64,000 nucleotides of DNA from Oikopleura dioica (Eukaryota > Animalia > Chordata): assembly GCA_907165135.1 (NCBI GenBank), contig OU015568.1, positions 10,912,001-10,976,000 of the forward strand, read 5' to 3'. The notes beneath the pieces are model-generated. The model made no database searches. It was not told where the DNA came from and worked only from the letters and a program-made list of their open reading frames with translations. Position 1 is the stretch's first letter. Every line of letters begins with the position of its first letter. The position numbers and the translations under genes are program-made. Positions 11,611 through 24,127 of this stretch are shown here, piece after piece.

Positions 11611-12713
11611 ATGGGCTTCAGAAGAATTTCTTATATTAAAGTTTATGCGATTTTCTGCACTTTATTCATCTTTTATCTTCTTTCCTCTGAATGGAAAACA
11701 GAAGAATCTTTTGTCAGACAAAATCGTAAACTTCACAAGGTAAGCTTTTGGTGGAAAGAAGTATGATCATTTTTTGTGGATTAGGAAATCAAGAAGCTAA
11801 AGAAAGGCTGCACCTCCCGCGGAGCTTCCCATGATTCCGAAGAATCTCAAGAACCAGAGCCAATTTATCTCATCACTCCTACGTACGCCAGATTCACGCA
11901 AAAAGCGGACATGACAAGGCTTTTGTACACGCTGATGCATGTGGAGAGTCTCCACTGGATAATTATTGAAGACCACGACGAGAAAACAGAACTTATAACG
12001 AAATTTATCGAAAGAATTCCTACTGACATTCAGGTTTGATTTCAGCCCTTTTTCATATCTTATGAAAGTTTGAAGGTGACGCATTTGAACATGAAAACGC
12101 CGCCAATGGACAAACTGGCATCCGACGATCCAAGCTGGCTAAAACCTCGAGGAGTGCAGCAACGAAACGCAGCGATAGAATTTCTCATCAAGCATTATCA
12201 AGAAAGTCCGGAAGGATATGTCTATTTTCTCGACGATGACAATACGTACGACATCAGAATTTTCGACGAGATTCGAAAAATCGAAGAAGATCAAGTTGGA
12301 GTCTGGCCCGTCGGAATTGTCGGAAAATTACGATATGAAGGTAAAAAGTAAAAATCATTCTCAATCTCATCTTATTTCTAGGACCCGTCTGTAGCAACGG
12401 AGAAGTAACAAGTTGGTTTACAGCGTGGAAACCAGACCGTCCGTTTCCAATCGACATGGCGGGTTTTGCAGTCCGTCTCGAGAACTTCCTCGGCTCGCCC
12501 GAAGCTCGTTTCAAGCAGCGCGTCCCTCGTGGATACCAAGAGAGTCATATTCTCACCGAACTCGGACTGGACAGAACGAACGCTGTCGGCTTAGCTAACA
12601 ATTGTCGAGACGTGCTTGTTTGGCATACAAGGACGGAGAAACCGAGAATGGATGCGGAAGAAAAACTCATGAAAGCGACTGGTGCTGCTTCTGATTTGAG
12701 TATAGAAGTTTAG
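11611..12713 (+). CDS. B3GAT: Galactosylgalactosylxylosylprotein 3-beta-glucuronosyltransferase (GT43, B3GAT-like)
   Basis: Type II signal anchor MGFRRISYIKVYAIFCTLFIFYLL, IYLITPTYARFTQKADMTRL, PRGVQQRNAA, VYFLDDDNTYD (DxD), RPFPIDMAGFAV, GYQES, VLVWHTRTEKP. Confidence 0.93.
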
Positions 12714-13027
12714 AATAATCTCATTTACCTGCGTTTCTCACTGTTGTAGTCTGTATATTCTTCAAATTAATACTGAGCTTCCTTTTTCTGTGCTAAGACC
12801 TAACTATTTAATATCGCATGTATTTATTCAAAATGTGGAATAATAAATCAGTAATTCTGGTACACGCGATTTCTTTGTGCCTCGATTCGTTCTAGTTTAG
12901 CGCCAAGGGCTTCAGATACATTTGCCTCTTGCAAGAATTCGTTAGTAATCGATTAGTTTTATACATACCTTTTCTACTTGTGGTGCTCAGTCGACCATTT
13001 CGATCACGAATACGAGTGAACCGGGGT

Positions 13028-13169
13028 TTCCTTACTTGGTAAAATTCCTTACTTGGTAAAATTCCTTACATGGTAAAATTCCTTACTTGGTAAAATTTTT
13101 TCTTTACCAAGTAAGGAATTTTACCAAGTAAGGAATTTTACCAAGTAAGGAATTTTACCAAGTAAGGAA
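13028..13169. repeat. 17-bp tandem array (TTCCTTACTTGGTAAAA), 4 forward + 4 inverted copies, left TIR
   Basis: Read directly; one CATGG variant unit. Confidence 0.95.
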
Positions 13170-13704
13170 TTTTGAAGCGAAAAATATTCGAAAACCAAAA
13201 TTGACCATATTGACATGAAAAGTATTCTCTGCGACCCCCTCCGAGACAATTTTTCAGATTTCAATTTTTCTCAAATTTATGTTTCGGTATAATTTTTTTT
13301 ATACCGCCAAGCGAATTCGCTTTCGCTTCGCTTCGTACTGGAGAGCAGAATTCGCTTCGCAAAATTCCCAAATTTTCGCTTAAATTTTTGTAAAGCAAGC
13401 GGCTTCGAAATTCGGAGGATTCTTAATAAATGAGTTGGAAAGGGGCATTTTTGATGCTCTTTTTGCGCGAAAAGCCTTGCTATAAAATTTATAGTATAAA
13501 TTCAAATTTTCTCCGTCTTGTCAAGACGAGTCTAATGGTGGGTCTAATTCTTGATAATACCAAGGATTGACTAGTTAGCAAGCTGGTTACTGGAAAACAC
13601 GTTGTCACCAGCCGTTCTTATTGTAAGTTTAATAGAATAAATTTTGAATGGTCAGAAGGATATTTATGAACAGGGCTTATCTAGAATCGAAGATGACCGC
13701 CATA

Positions 13705-14288
13705 GACGCGTTTTTAGGTTGGGAACTAATAACTTTTGACTGGAACAAGATCCAGGGGAGGTTAAGGGCGCAAAATGATGCTCAGAAAAATAAAAATTTC
13801 GCACCGCATAAGATTTTTCAATTTCGGTACCAGACTTCCGTTATTGAAATTCGGTACCAATTTTGTCGTCGTATCGGTACCAAACTAGTACCAAAAAAAT
13901 CTCCAGAAAATTTCATGAAGACTAGTACCAAAAGCTAGCTGGAGGAAGTACTTATTTTCATTTGACAGCGCTCTAAAATCACGGTTTTTAGTCGATTTTG
14001 GGCAATTTTGAGGTAAATCAAGGTCCGCTTATTCAGGCCGGAAGTAACGAGGTACTGATATTTTGGTACTAGTCTTCATAAAATTTTCTGGAGATTTTTT
14101 GATACTAGTTTGGTACCGATACGACGACAAAATTGGTACCGAATTTCAATACCGGAAGTCTGGTACCGAAATTGAAAAATCTAATGCGGTGCGAAATTTT
14201 TATTTTTCTGAGCATCATTTTGCGCCCTTAACCTCCCCTGGATCTTGTTCCAGTCAAAAATTATTAGTTCCCAACCTAAAAACGCGTC
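13705..14288. mobile_element. MITE (584 bp, ~230-bp TIRs, apparent 3-bp ATA TSD) nested in the foldback element
   Basis: 13705-~13933 is the near-perfect reverse complement of ~14061-14288 (GACGCGTTTTTAGGTTGGGAAC...). ATA at 13702-13704 and 14289-14291. Confidence 0.85.
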
Positions 14289-14344
14289 ATATGATATGGC
14301 CCATATCTCATTTGAAATGAGTCATTTCCCATCGAGCAGGGGTG

Positions 14345-14955
14345 ACCATTCGGGCAAGAAATCGTCGGTTGGCCGTCCGAATGCCCGGTTAAAATCAAGG
14401 TCCGAATGCCCGGCCGAGCCGAGGTGCCCGAACCAGAGTTCGAAATTTGTTGGCCACGACTGCCACTGGCAACTGCCAATTTCGGCAGTCACATGGCAGT
14501 GGCAGTTAAATTTTTCAAGGGCTGCCAGTTACTGGCAGCTGCCAAGCTACTGCCACTTCGAAAGATATTAATTTCTTTATAAATTTTTCTTTCTAGAACC
14601 ACAAAAACAACGCTTATGATCCAAATTCACTCCCGAGACCTATATTATTCAATCTTTATAATCAAAAGAGACATTTATGTCTTAGATATCGTCTCTTTTA
14701 TATGTTTTTCTTGTCGAAAAGATTGTTTTGATCTTAGTTTGACTTTAAAAATTTTTAAAAATAATATCGAAATTGGCAGCTTTTGGCAGTCGACTTGCAG
14801 CTGCCGATTTTGGCAGTCACTTAGCAGTGGCAGTTGCAATTTTAAAAAAGCTGGCAGTCGCTTGGCAGTGGCAGTCGCCATTTTCTTTCAGATTTCGAAC
14901 TCTGCCCCGAACTGCTCGAAGATACCCAAAAATGCCCGCAATGGTCGGGCAGGTA
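14345..14955. mobile_element. Degenerate MITE with GGCAGT/ACTGCC subrepeats, nested in the foldback element
   Basis: Inverted matches GACCATTCGGGC/GCCCGCAATGGTC, AGAGTTCGAAAT/ATTTCGAACTCT and CGACTGCCACTG/CAGTGGCAGTCG around an AT-rich core. Ends are approximate. Confidence 0.55.
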
Positions 14956-15342
14956 ACCAAAGTGTCTCAAACGCCCAGTTTGGCAATAATTTTCGATTTT
15001 CAAGTCAACAGAATCGGACTGGTGATGGGATTTACGATAGGTAAGACTTACTACGGGCTAGAAAAATAAATTTCGAGGGGCTTTGATTCAGTTAGGGGAG
15101 CAAGAGAGCAAAAATAGTTGTGAAGAATGCGAAATTAAGGAATTTTCCTCGCCGGGGCTTGACCAACTGCCCGAAAGCGCTGAACTGCCCGAAAGTGCCC
15201 ATCTTCAAGTTTGGCACAATGCAATGTCCGCTCTTGCCCAAATTATTGATCAGCAAAAATTTGTCTCTGAGGGGGGTCGCACAGAATATAAAATCATGTC
15301 AATATGCTCGATTTTTGTTTTTGAATATTTTTCTTTTCAAAA

Positions 15343-15469
15343 TTCCTTACATGGTAAAATTCCTTACTTGGTAAAATTCCTTACTTGGTAAAGAAAAAAA
15401 ATTTTACCAAGTAAGGAATTTTACCATGTAAGGAATTTTACCAAGTAAGGAATTTTACCAAGTAAGGAA
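15343..15469. repeat. 17-bp tandem array, 3 forward + 4 inverted copies, right TIR
   Basis: Read directly; the CATGG variant sits third from the outer end, mirroring the left array. Confidence 0.95.
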
Positions 15470-15570
15470 ACACCGAGTGAACCAACTCATGGATTTCAGC
15501 AGATAGTCGTGTTCTTTCTTGCAAATCTTATCACACTTAAATTAGCCAAAAAGACCAGCTTACCTTGCAG

Positions 15571-16786
15571 GTGGTCAGTATAAATGTTTTAGGCGGTATA
15601 CGGATAAATGGGCTAGGACTGCTTGGTTTGATAAAGACGGAGTTCTGTCGAGAGCCTTATTTTGGTTGAAAAACGATATATTTTAGATTGTTAAAACTCG
15701 AAGAGCGACAATGTCCCGTGATCGTGACTACGAATGGAGAAAGTATTTTACATGTCCTCGCTGCTTCAGTAAGAACGCGCGAGGTAATTGTATTATCTTG
15801 ATAACTGCTATAAAATCTTTTTTTTAGTTGTTATCATTCTAGCGAAGAAAGATTCACCGAGTACACCTCCTTCTTGGTTGCCAGAAGATTTTGTTTATCC
15901 CGAAGATAGTTGCGATCCGGCAGTAGGACTAGTCTGTGAAGACAATCACTTATTTTTATCCAAAGAACCGTATTTTGCCCGTGCGAAGGAAAGCAATTCG
16001 AAGGGAAATGCTGGCCGTTTCTATATCTTGGTAAGAATTTAAATTATTTTCATAGAAATAAAGATATTTAGTGCTATTGTTGGGAGTTCGAGGAAGGTAG
16101 CGATGACTACTCAACCATATTTTTAACATTCGTCGATGAAGCAGTACGAATTATGGTTAAGTATTGTGAAGCGGATCCCATAAATGAGTTTGTCAGAAGC
16201 ATGCTGCGCAACGACTACAAGAGCGAGGTATCCCGATCGAATTTCGTCGATAGCTCGATTGGGTCGAGTGTCAGCTCAAAATGGGCAACGAATAGCGAAT
16301 TTACAAGTGTGTCTAAACAGCGACCAAGAAATTTCAAACATTCGCCACGAAGCTCTGGAGATCGCTCTCAAAGAGAAGCTCTCGAAAGCTGGTTAGAGGA
16401 CAACAACAACATCGCCATTAACGACATCAGTGCTGAACGTCCACTTCGAGACACCGATTCCCGAAGCAGCTTTACTTGCTACTCGGATCTTGAAGAACCT
16501 GCTTTGTCAGAGGAATCTGATAACGATTCCGAAAGCGAGTCGGACCCCATTGCTATTGTTACGAACAGGTAATTAAAAGAAGATTAACAAAATTAAAATA
16601 CATAGTCATACTTGCCAAAATTGCTCGAAAAAAGATGTCACTGATCGCGGAACAAATACGGAAGGCCAATGCGATATTTCAATGGAGGAAAACATGTCGA
16701 AGAAGCTCTTTTACTATTCGTTGCGAATGTCATTTTTCTTTTTCTGCCTTGCCCTGTTCAAAATATATTATTCACCATACAGATAA
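15571..16786 (+). CDS. Hypothetical multi-exon protein with Cys motifs, acidic region and C-terminal hydrophobic tail
   Basis: ORFs 15788..16042 and 16153..16572 joined through gtaatt...ag introns. The last exon reads HTCQNC...KLFYYSLRMSFFFFCLALFKIYYSPYR-stop. The start is uncertain. Confidence 0.5.
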
Positions 16787-16799
16787 ACTTATTTTCAAC

Positions 16800-17269
16800 C
16801 ATTCCCTGTGAAGCCAAAGCATCGACTTTTTCTTTGATAACATGCTTCCTTTTTATAAATCTTCACCAATCTTCAATTCCTGACTGAAAACATGACTGAA
16901 ACATACTTACTTACATTTCGTTGTCTTCTTTTGCATCAGTAACTTCTATTGAATCCCGGCAATTTATGCATATGTCGTGCTTGCAAATGTCACAACGCAG
17001 AGGTGCCTTGAAAAACCAAGCCTGGCATCGAGCACACGAAGGTAGAAGCTTATTCCGTACTAGGACGCCGCGCTTTTTGTAGTCGATGATCATTTGTTGA
17101 AGTTGATGAAGTCGATTTGTCTTCAAAGTTGATTAGAATTAATTCGATGTTTCAGTACCTCTTTTAGCTCGAGATTTGTGCTTCTCTCAAGAACTTTTCT
17201 TATCGCTTGAATTTCTCTATGAGACAAGCATTCCAAGTTGTCCTCAAGATCATCATCGAGAAGTTCCAT
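16800..17269 (-). CDS. Rab-effector (Slp-homology/RabBD with FYVE-related zinc finger) protein
   Basis: Exon 1 MELLDDDLEDNLECLSHREIQAIRKVLERSTNLELKE splices in frame to TNRLHQL...CARCQAWFFKAPLRCDICKHDICINCR, the helix + zinc finger layout of rabphilin/melanophilin/MYRIP. The 3' end is unresolved. Confidence 0.6.
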
Positions 17270-17693
17270 ATATTCCCTACACATTTCTTAGAGCTAGTTC
17301 TGTGAAGAATCTCAAAACCCATCAAATACTTCCCTTCTCCCCGAGGACATCATCAGTGTCTGACGAACTGAATTTAAAACTGACGAGGTGAAAAATAGGG
17401 GAGGATGATCAAAAGACCAATTTTGAAGATCGATAACTCTATCAAAGACACTTTATACTACTCATTTCCATTTACCGAGTCTGCAAAATGCATTAAAGAA
17501 TTACTCTTTTGACGGTATGTTTTCTATTGAAAATATGTGTTTCTTTATTATTTAGAAAAATAGTTCAGTAAGAAAGAAAAGTTGTTTTGGTTTAGAAAAA
17601 TAGTAAACAAATCGAGTTGTAGGCAGCTTTTTATGTTAAAAGATTTACAGTAAGAGCGTCATCCAGTATCTGCTTTAATGTAAAATACTGTAA

Positions 17694-20179
17694 TCAGGTT
17701 GAATAGCCGGGAGCGTCCGCATATTGAATCGGATTGAGTGTATTCATCTGAAAGTAAGCTAACGACTTTCTACTTTGGACACACTTACTGAATTCGCTTG
17801 AGGTGGAGCTGCAGCTACAGGAACGTATCCAGTTGATTGATGATGCGATGTTGCTTCTTAAAATGTTTTATTTTGTTGACTGTTTGACTACCCCTGTTGC
17901 GTACCCGTCTTGATAATTATGTTTCTAGGAATGTATTGAACTGATTCCGCGTTTTGCATGTGTTGCTCAATCACATGCGAAACAAGCTCGTCGAGAAGCA
18001 TGCGAATCAGATGAAATGATCCAAAAGTTTGAACAGATCGAAGAGTCAAGTCTCGAATAACCATCGAGCTAGAAATATTATTAAAACCATGCCGTTGAAA
18101 ATATTTCACCTGTAATAAGACCAACTCATGATAAACTTCTTTGCTTTTTCGGAATAGTTTGGATGGCTTCTCTCCGGTAGGCAAGAGTCGATAGATTTTA
18201 CGAGGAAGGCATGCCAGTCATCGAAAGATGCATGTGTGTCCAAAAGACTAACCATTCCGGAATGAATGGTTTGCACTGTTTCTAGAGGACATTCAGTCAC
18301 CCAACTGATTTGCTCGTGAATCTTCATTATGTCGATTTTCTCCAAGTCCGCGCGTTTTTGTTGAACTAAATTTTCCCCTGATGATCATTGTTAGATGAAC
18401 TTTGACTTACCGATCTCATGGTTGTTCAAAATCGGCCTTGCTTCCCGAATCAAATGAGTTAACGATGTTAGTCTTCGGAGAGTCGAGGAAAAGTGAGAAA
18501 CTGCTGTTATCTTCGCATCGATAATGTCTATAAAATCATCACAAAGAGATTGGAGAATGTCAAGAACCTTGCTGTATTGAAGTTTCCATCGATTCACGCA
18601 TCCAACTCGTCGCTTCTCTTGCGAAAAGTCGAATTTGAGAAGTATACGTTTGTGGTACATCCTGAAGCATTCAATTGAAAAAAAAAATATTTTGTCAAAT
18701 TAATCTACCTGCTTCAAAACATCAGGGATGAGAACATCGACAAGATTTTTATAGAGGATTTGATCGCACTGGTAAATCCAGCCGGAAACTCCAGGGATCG
18801 TCAAAAGCGTTTGAAACTTTTCTTTTGCCAGATGTTTTCCTTCATAGTGTTGAATGTGCCAAAAGTCGTGCCAGTACTGTTTGAGTTCATCGAATTGAAG
18901 GCCGAGAACATAGTCGAGAATTTGCTCACAGTGTTCTCGATAGGCGTCTTCGAAGAGTTCAATTTCTTCATCATCAACGCCGAATTGAATAACGCTCGCT
19001 GACAACATAGAAGAAAGCTGAGGAAATTCGGGAAGACTTCGATTTGAGTCACCGACCCACTCAAGATGTCGCTTTCGATTTGTTTCATTGACGATTTGCT
19101 GAGCATTTTGACTTTTTCTGCTTTCCTTGTCTTTTTCGCAGGTTTGGGAGCAATTTTTTCCACCTTGAAATTAAAATTTTTATTGAAAAAGTGTGGTAGC
19201 GAAAAATCTCAGCCTTGTCTAGTCCATCTCAAATATTTACCTTTGACTGGAACTCAGGATCGTTTTGTATTTGATGAAGTTGTGAGTTTTCTTTGATTTT
19301 TATGCCGTAATAATGGTATTTCGAGTTCCCACGAGTGCCGAGTCGTCGTGTTTTCAAATTCACAAAGACTGAACGAACAAGCTTCCCAAAGCTAGCTGCG
19401 TTTACAGGCTCCTTTTCTTGAGTTCATATTTGTTCCATTAAAATTCAGGTTTGAACAAGTGTGGAATTATGACTCTTTCCTGATTTGTCTGTTCTGAATG
19501 AAGAATGTAGTGGTCGTACATTCTCGCCCGTGGCAGTGAGACCCCCTGATAATGATTTACGATTTTGCATTCGTTTTTATGTGACTAACCTCTGCTGTTT
19601 CGAAGTTGTCCATTAGCCATTTTACTGTCTGTGGACTTGCTCTTTCGGTCGAGTTAGAAAACAGTCAAATTTTGCGAATACTCTACTTCTTTATAAAATC
19701 GGATCAAGAATTCTGATGTTTTAACTCGATCCCTGCTTATAGGATGCGCTTGATTGAGAACATATTCAGGTTGAGGAGTGTGTGCATGAGAAACAGCAGG
19801 CTGAGCCGTGTACTGTCCGACGACTTGGTGTTGCGGAACCGGGTTCACAAATGGCTGTGCGTTTCCATACGGTACCACTGTATGCGAGTTTGGACCCGGA
19901 TGCACTGCCACTGTGACGTAAACCTTCGATTGTTCCTAAAGTAGACACTAGATGCCTCGCGAACAAACATTCTGTGTGAAGTGATGCCAAACACTAAGCC
20001 AGTCTTTTTTCATTCAACGTGAATTTTCCGCTCCATTCCGAGAGAATGGAATAAGCTCCCACTGTGCTCACAAAAAGGGGAGACTAATTTTAGTAGAACA
20101 TTTCTTTAGATTAAAAAATCGCATGCCAAAAGATTTTTAAAAGTACCTGAGAATGATCTGGAGGGTTTTCTATTGGCAT
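17694..20179 (-). CDS. RFX: RFX transcription factor (RFX1/2/3-like, with dimerisation domain)
   Basis: Spliced DNA-binding domain [23 protein letters not shown]...[40 protein letters not shown]; dimerisation motif [23 protein letters not shown]. Confidence 0.92.
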
Positions 20180-21188
20180 GGTTGTAACTGCAGAGGGAGG
20201 AAATGTGACAAATTGCTGGGTCATTCTAAACATGTCCATGCTCAATTTTTGTTCAATTTAATGTCTTTTTGATAAATTAATTCTACTTTAACCACTCTAG
20301 AAATACTGATCCGGGCTTGTTATTTGCATTATTGTTTCTATTTAATGTTTTTTTCTACTGAAACAAAGTGGTTATTTAACTTTATAGCTTATAGAAGGCA
20401 TCAGTCTGCATCGACACGACGCCTCAAACATGTGGTAAACGGAAGGGCGTGACCGTTGCCATCATTACAGTGATTTATCGCTAGGATACAAAGTATAAGT
20501 TGATAAAAACTCCTGGTTCGGCTGTTAGGGGAAATTCGCGTAAAAATGTCTTCAACATTGCCATGGGGACGGTCTCTTTGTTTGAAAGGGTCCTTCGCTG
20601 GGCGAGTTGCCCGGCGCCCCGTGGCAGCGCACTTGGGAACAAATAGCAACACCACCACACTCGGCAGTACTCCACGAATCACCGTACTCGCCGGAGGCAG
20701 GAGCAGCGCCGCCATCGGGCCTATTTAAAATTTCATAAAGAACGCGTCTATTCACTCCGCGTGCGGAAGTGCACAGGATCTCTCGCTGCGGGCGAAAGCT
20801 GTCTTGCCTTTTGTTGTGGGCTTTTAAAATTAATTCGAGTGCTTTTAAAATGAAATAAGCTGCGTTTTGCGACTGAAATTTCTCCAAATTGGCAATGGTA
20901 GAAAATATATTTAGGCTTTTGTGTCTGTAATGAAAGAACTTTTGCAGTAAAGAAACTGTTCTTTTCTAGCGCTGGGGCGTTAGTGTTCTGTTTGTCGGCT
21001 TTCCAACGGCTTTCACGTTTTTAAAAACCTAAAAACAGAATCAGTAAAGCTCCGACGCTGATAAGCTTTATGTAACGGCTCTTGTTTATTGGTATCAACA
21101 GCTTTGAAATTTAGTTTGTTTGGGGATCTACTGGTAAGTTGCACTACTGAATGTGAAAAACAGCCAAAATTTTGTGTGAAGTTTTGAG

Positions 21189-22885
21189 TTATGAAGGGAT
21201 GAAGACCTTGAACACTTGGTGGCGTGAGAATTGAAGCTGGCATGTTGGACAGGATGCGGTTTTCGTAACGGCGAACGGGGAGTTTATGATCGTCTTATCG
21301 ACGCAATCAGCACAGAAGGTGTGACCACAGGTACTGTTGACGGTTTTACAAAGCTACTATTTCAAGCATAAAAGCTTCCCGATGTTCAACCTTTCCTAAG
21401 TCCGACTCGATGTCGTTCCTTGTCATCGTATGGTTCACAACAGATGGTGCAATTTCGAACAAAATCGAGGCATTCTGCCTGCTCGTCTTTAGCCTGCTGG
21501 AGAGTGACGATCTCCGCTGCCAGTTCTTGCTCATCGCTCAAAAGCGCAACTTCTTTCGACATTTCGAAATCTTTAAAAAGCTTCTTCATGTTCGTCGTTC
21601 GCTGGCGATGAATGTGCCCCTCAAAGCTAATGGATGGCTTGTAATTATGATCAATCGAAAAGCGAACGAACCGTAAGTATTCTAATATTTTCTCTTCGGA
21701 AGTGAGCCTTGCGATCTCGCAATTTGTCAGCGCTTCTTCAAGCTGATTGATCTTTTCGTCTTTTTCTTTCAAATTGGATTGAAGTTTTTCTAGCGATGAG
21801 AGAAGGTTCTTTTCGGTATTGAGGCGATCAATGTCGCGGCGCTTGATTTTGTCTTCAACATAATGGAAACGCTTGGCAACGTTTACATATTTCTCTTTAA
21901 CAAAAATGTTAAATTAACACGGAAACAATTAATTTCAACCTTGTATGAGATTAACCAAGTGCATAAGCTTAGCATTGTCTTGTTCCAATTGGGTGATCCT
22001 TGCGTCAACTTGAACTACCGGTAAATTCGCCTTATCAACGCAAGCTTGACTCTTATCAGGCTTTGGTTCCATGGCCGGCTTATCAACAGGCTTGGGTTTT
22101 TGATTTTCAGCAGATTCTAAAAGATGCTATTACTGAAAAAATTTCCTGATAGTTTACCTTTCCCAGTTTGAGGCGTCTCTGGCTCTGGTTCAAGATTCTG
22201 CGGATTCGGGGGATGAGACACTTCAAGCTCTTTGGCTCTCATTTGCTCCTTGAAAATATTTTCAAACTTTGACAGGCCGAAAAAGGGATCAAACCTTGCT
22301 CTGCTCAATAGCAAATGCTTCCAGCGCAGCGTTAATTGCTTCCAGATCCCCCTCGTCGAAGTGTTTTTCCGACTCCTCGTGCTCTTAAAATGATCGTTCA
22401 ACATTTCCGCCCCCATGACTTTCGAGCCTTCAATTTATGCATTTATTACCTTTTGCGACGGGCGGGGTATTGACTCGCTCAGCTTTCTTGGTAACTACTG
22501 TCGGCGGTGTTGGTGGGGTTGCCGCCAATTCTAGCGGTTTACGAACTGTTTGCTGCGGTGGAGATGGCGCACGTGGTTTTCCATCAGTTTGCGGCTGAAT
22601 ATATTATCAAATCTTTGAGATTTTAATCCGATTTAGAAGACTGTTTATCTCATTATACGAACATACAGTTGGAGCTTCTTGAAACTGCTCATTTCTCCAC
22701 GGAGTGGGCCCAAAGATTTCTTTCATATCGACCCTTGGAATATCAATTCTTCTCGGAGGACAGCTCGATGAGATCTCTCTGTCCATCACTTTGGGCTTTC
22801 CCTTCCAGATATTCGCCATCGCCTTTGCTCTTATTTTGCTGTCAATCTTGGGCGCATTTTTTAGTCTTTCTTTGAAATTGTTCAT
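21189..22885 (-). CDS. Coiled-coil protein with C-terminal C3HC4 RING finger (putative E3 ligase)
   Basis: CTICCEPYD...(intron)...STCGHTFCADCVD...CPTC, then stop at 21189. Long coiled coil upstream. Whether the upstream exons (22117-22885) belong to it is inferred. Confidence 0.7.
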
Positions 22886-23230
22886 GCTTCCGAAATTTAA
22901 CGGGGTGACAGCACTAATGTACCGACGAAGGGATAGTATCGGTCGCGTTCGCCCCGCGGCGCATTCTGATTAACTGTTATGGCTTAATGAAGTCGGGAGC
23001 ATACGAGGACCAATCGTACCCAAAAATGTCGGTCTAAAATTTATGCTGAAACGAATTCTGACTCATCCTCTTATTTATTTTCATCATATTAATAATGAAG
23101 ATAGAATCTGGGACCGATTTGTCGTGGCAACACTATCAAGTGTTTTGTACACATTTCTGTGATTAGATTTCGTCTCCTGACGATTTTTGGCAGTACTTGC
23201 TGTATCAGCGGTTGAAAATTTCGAGTTAAA

Positions 23231-23760
23231 ATGTCGAGGAGTGAATCTTTAGAAAAAGCAATTCAAGAGATTGTTCAAGAAGCAATCGAAAAGTACAAGC
23301 ACGAGCAAAGTATAAACAACTGTCACTCTTCTTTGATAACAAGTTTAAGGGCCCGCGGAGTTCCTGCAGTCTCATAAGATAATTGCACTAGAGAGAAAAG
23401 TAGAAGAACTGGAGAGGCAGCTTGCGAAGTACACGAAGGTGCAACCTAAAGTGCCAAAGAAGACACGAGAGGACAACCTTATCCTTCCGCCTGTTACGCA
23501 ATCGCTCAATCTCTCAACTGAGCAGCCGAGAAAATCGAGCCTAAGGTAAAAGACTTTCGAATTTCAATTTAAAAGTCGTCAGTTCCAATCCTCGATATTC
23601 TTCGAAGAAACTCATAAAGAAAGAAGGTCTGAATGCTTACGATGAGCGCTTTTGCCACAACTGTGTCGGCCGTAGAAATTATTATGAAAGAAAAATCGGC
23701 ACAAGCGGCTTCAACTTCGGCTATCACTGTGCAGAATGCGACAATCCTGTAAAATACTAG
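23231..23760 (+). CDS. Hypothetical three-exon protein with C-terminal CxxC...CxxC zinc ribbon
   Basis: ATG at 23231; final exon RFCHNCVGRR...YHCAECDNPVKY-TAG. Confidence 0.5.
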
Positions 23761-23899
23761 ATTGATAAAAATCATTTGAGCGTAATTTATTAATAAAAAT
23801 CTTTCACTAGAACGCGTGTTCATTGATTGACTCTTTTTCTTTTTCTTCGATGCATTGATCCTGCGTTGAGGCCGTCTCAGATTCAGCTAAACATGAAAT

Positions 23900-24127
23900 T
23901 TACTCATTTTCGTGAAATTTTTCAATTTTACCTTGGCTTTTGTAACTTTCAATCTTCTTTTGGTTTGCTTCGAATTCTTCGTCTTCTCCGTCATAGTAAG
24001 CATCAAAATCTGGCCATCTTGATTTGAGGAATCCGTAGTACGAGGCGTAGCCGATCATTATCATCGCAAACGCAGCAAGGGAACAGATCAGCCCTCGGAA
24101 CCAGTTATCGTCAGCAAAACTCACCAT
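23900..24127 (-). CDS. Small single-pass membrane protein
   Basis: True ATG; TM GLICSLAAFAMIMIGYASYYGFL followed by an acidic stretch. It may splice at the 3' end. Confidence 0.5.
   Translation of the reverse strand: MVSFADDNWFRGLICSLAAFAMIMIGYASYYGFLKSRWPDFDAYYDGEDEEFEANQKKIESYKSQGKIEKFHENE

Larger units (their letters stand above)
13023..15474. mobile_element. Foldback/MULE-like non-autonomous DNA element, 2452 bp, ~230-bp TIRs, 9-bp TSD
   Basis: Direct repeat GAGTGAACC at 13014-13022 and 15475-15483. Termini GGGGTTTCCTTAC / GTAAGGAAACACC. TIR similarity extends to ~13255 and ~15255. No transposase ORF. Confidence 0.85.

Noticed and set aside
13028-13169. 17-bp arrays as a CRISPR array
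   Set aside because: There are no unique spacers, repeats are contiguous and invert midway, the context is eukaryotic, and no cas genes are present.
13648-15391. ORFs inside the foldback element as a transposase
   Set aside because: They are short, overlap TIRs and repeats, and show no DDE or zinc-finger motifs.
16860-16885. In-frame TGA in the Rab-effector 3' exon as selenocysteine
   Set aside because: The exon frame and acceptor are unresolved, no SECIS was seen, and the family is not a known selenoprotein.
20401-20887. Overlapping ORFs upstream of RFX as a separate gene
   Set aside because: Several frames are open in a GC-rich patch with no domain; a promoter or 5' UTR is more plausible.
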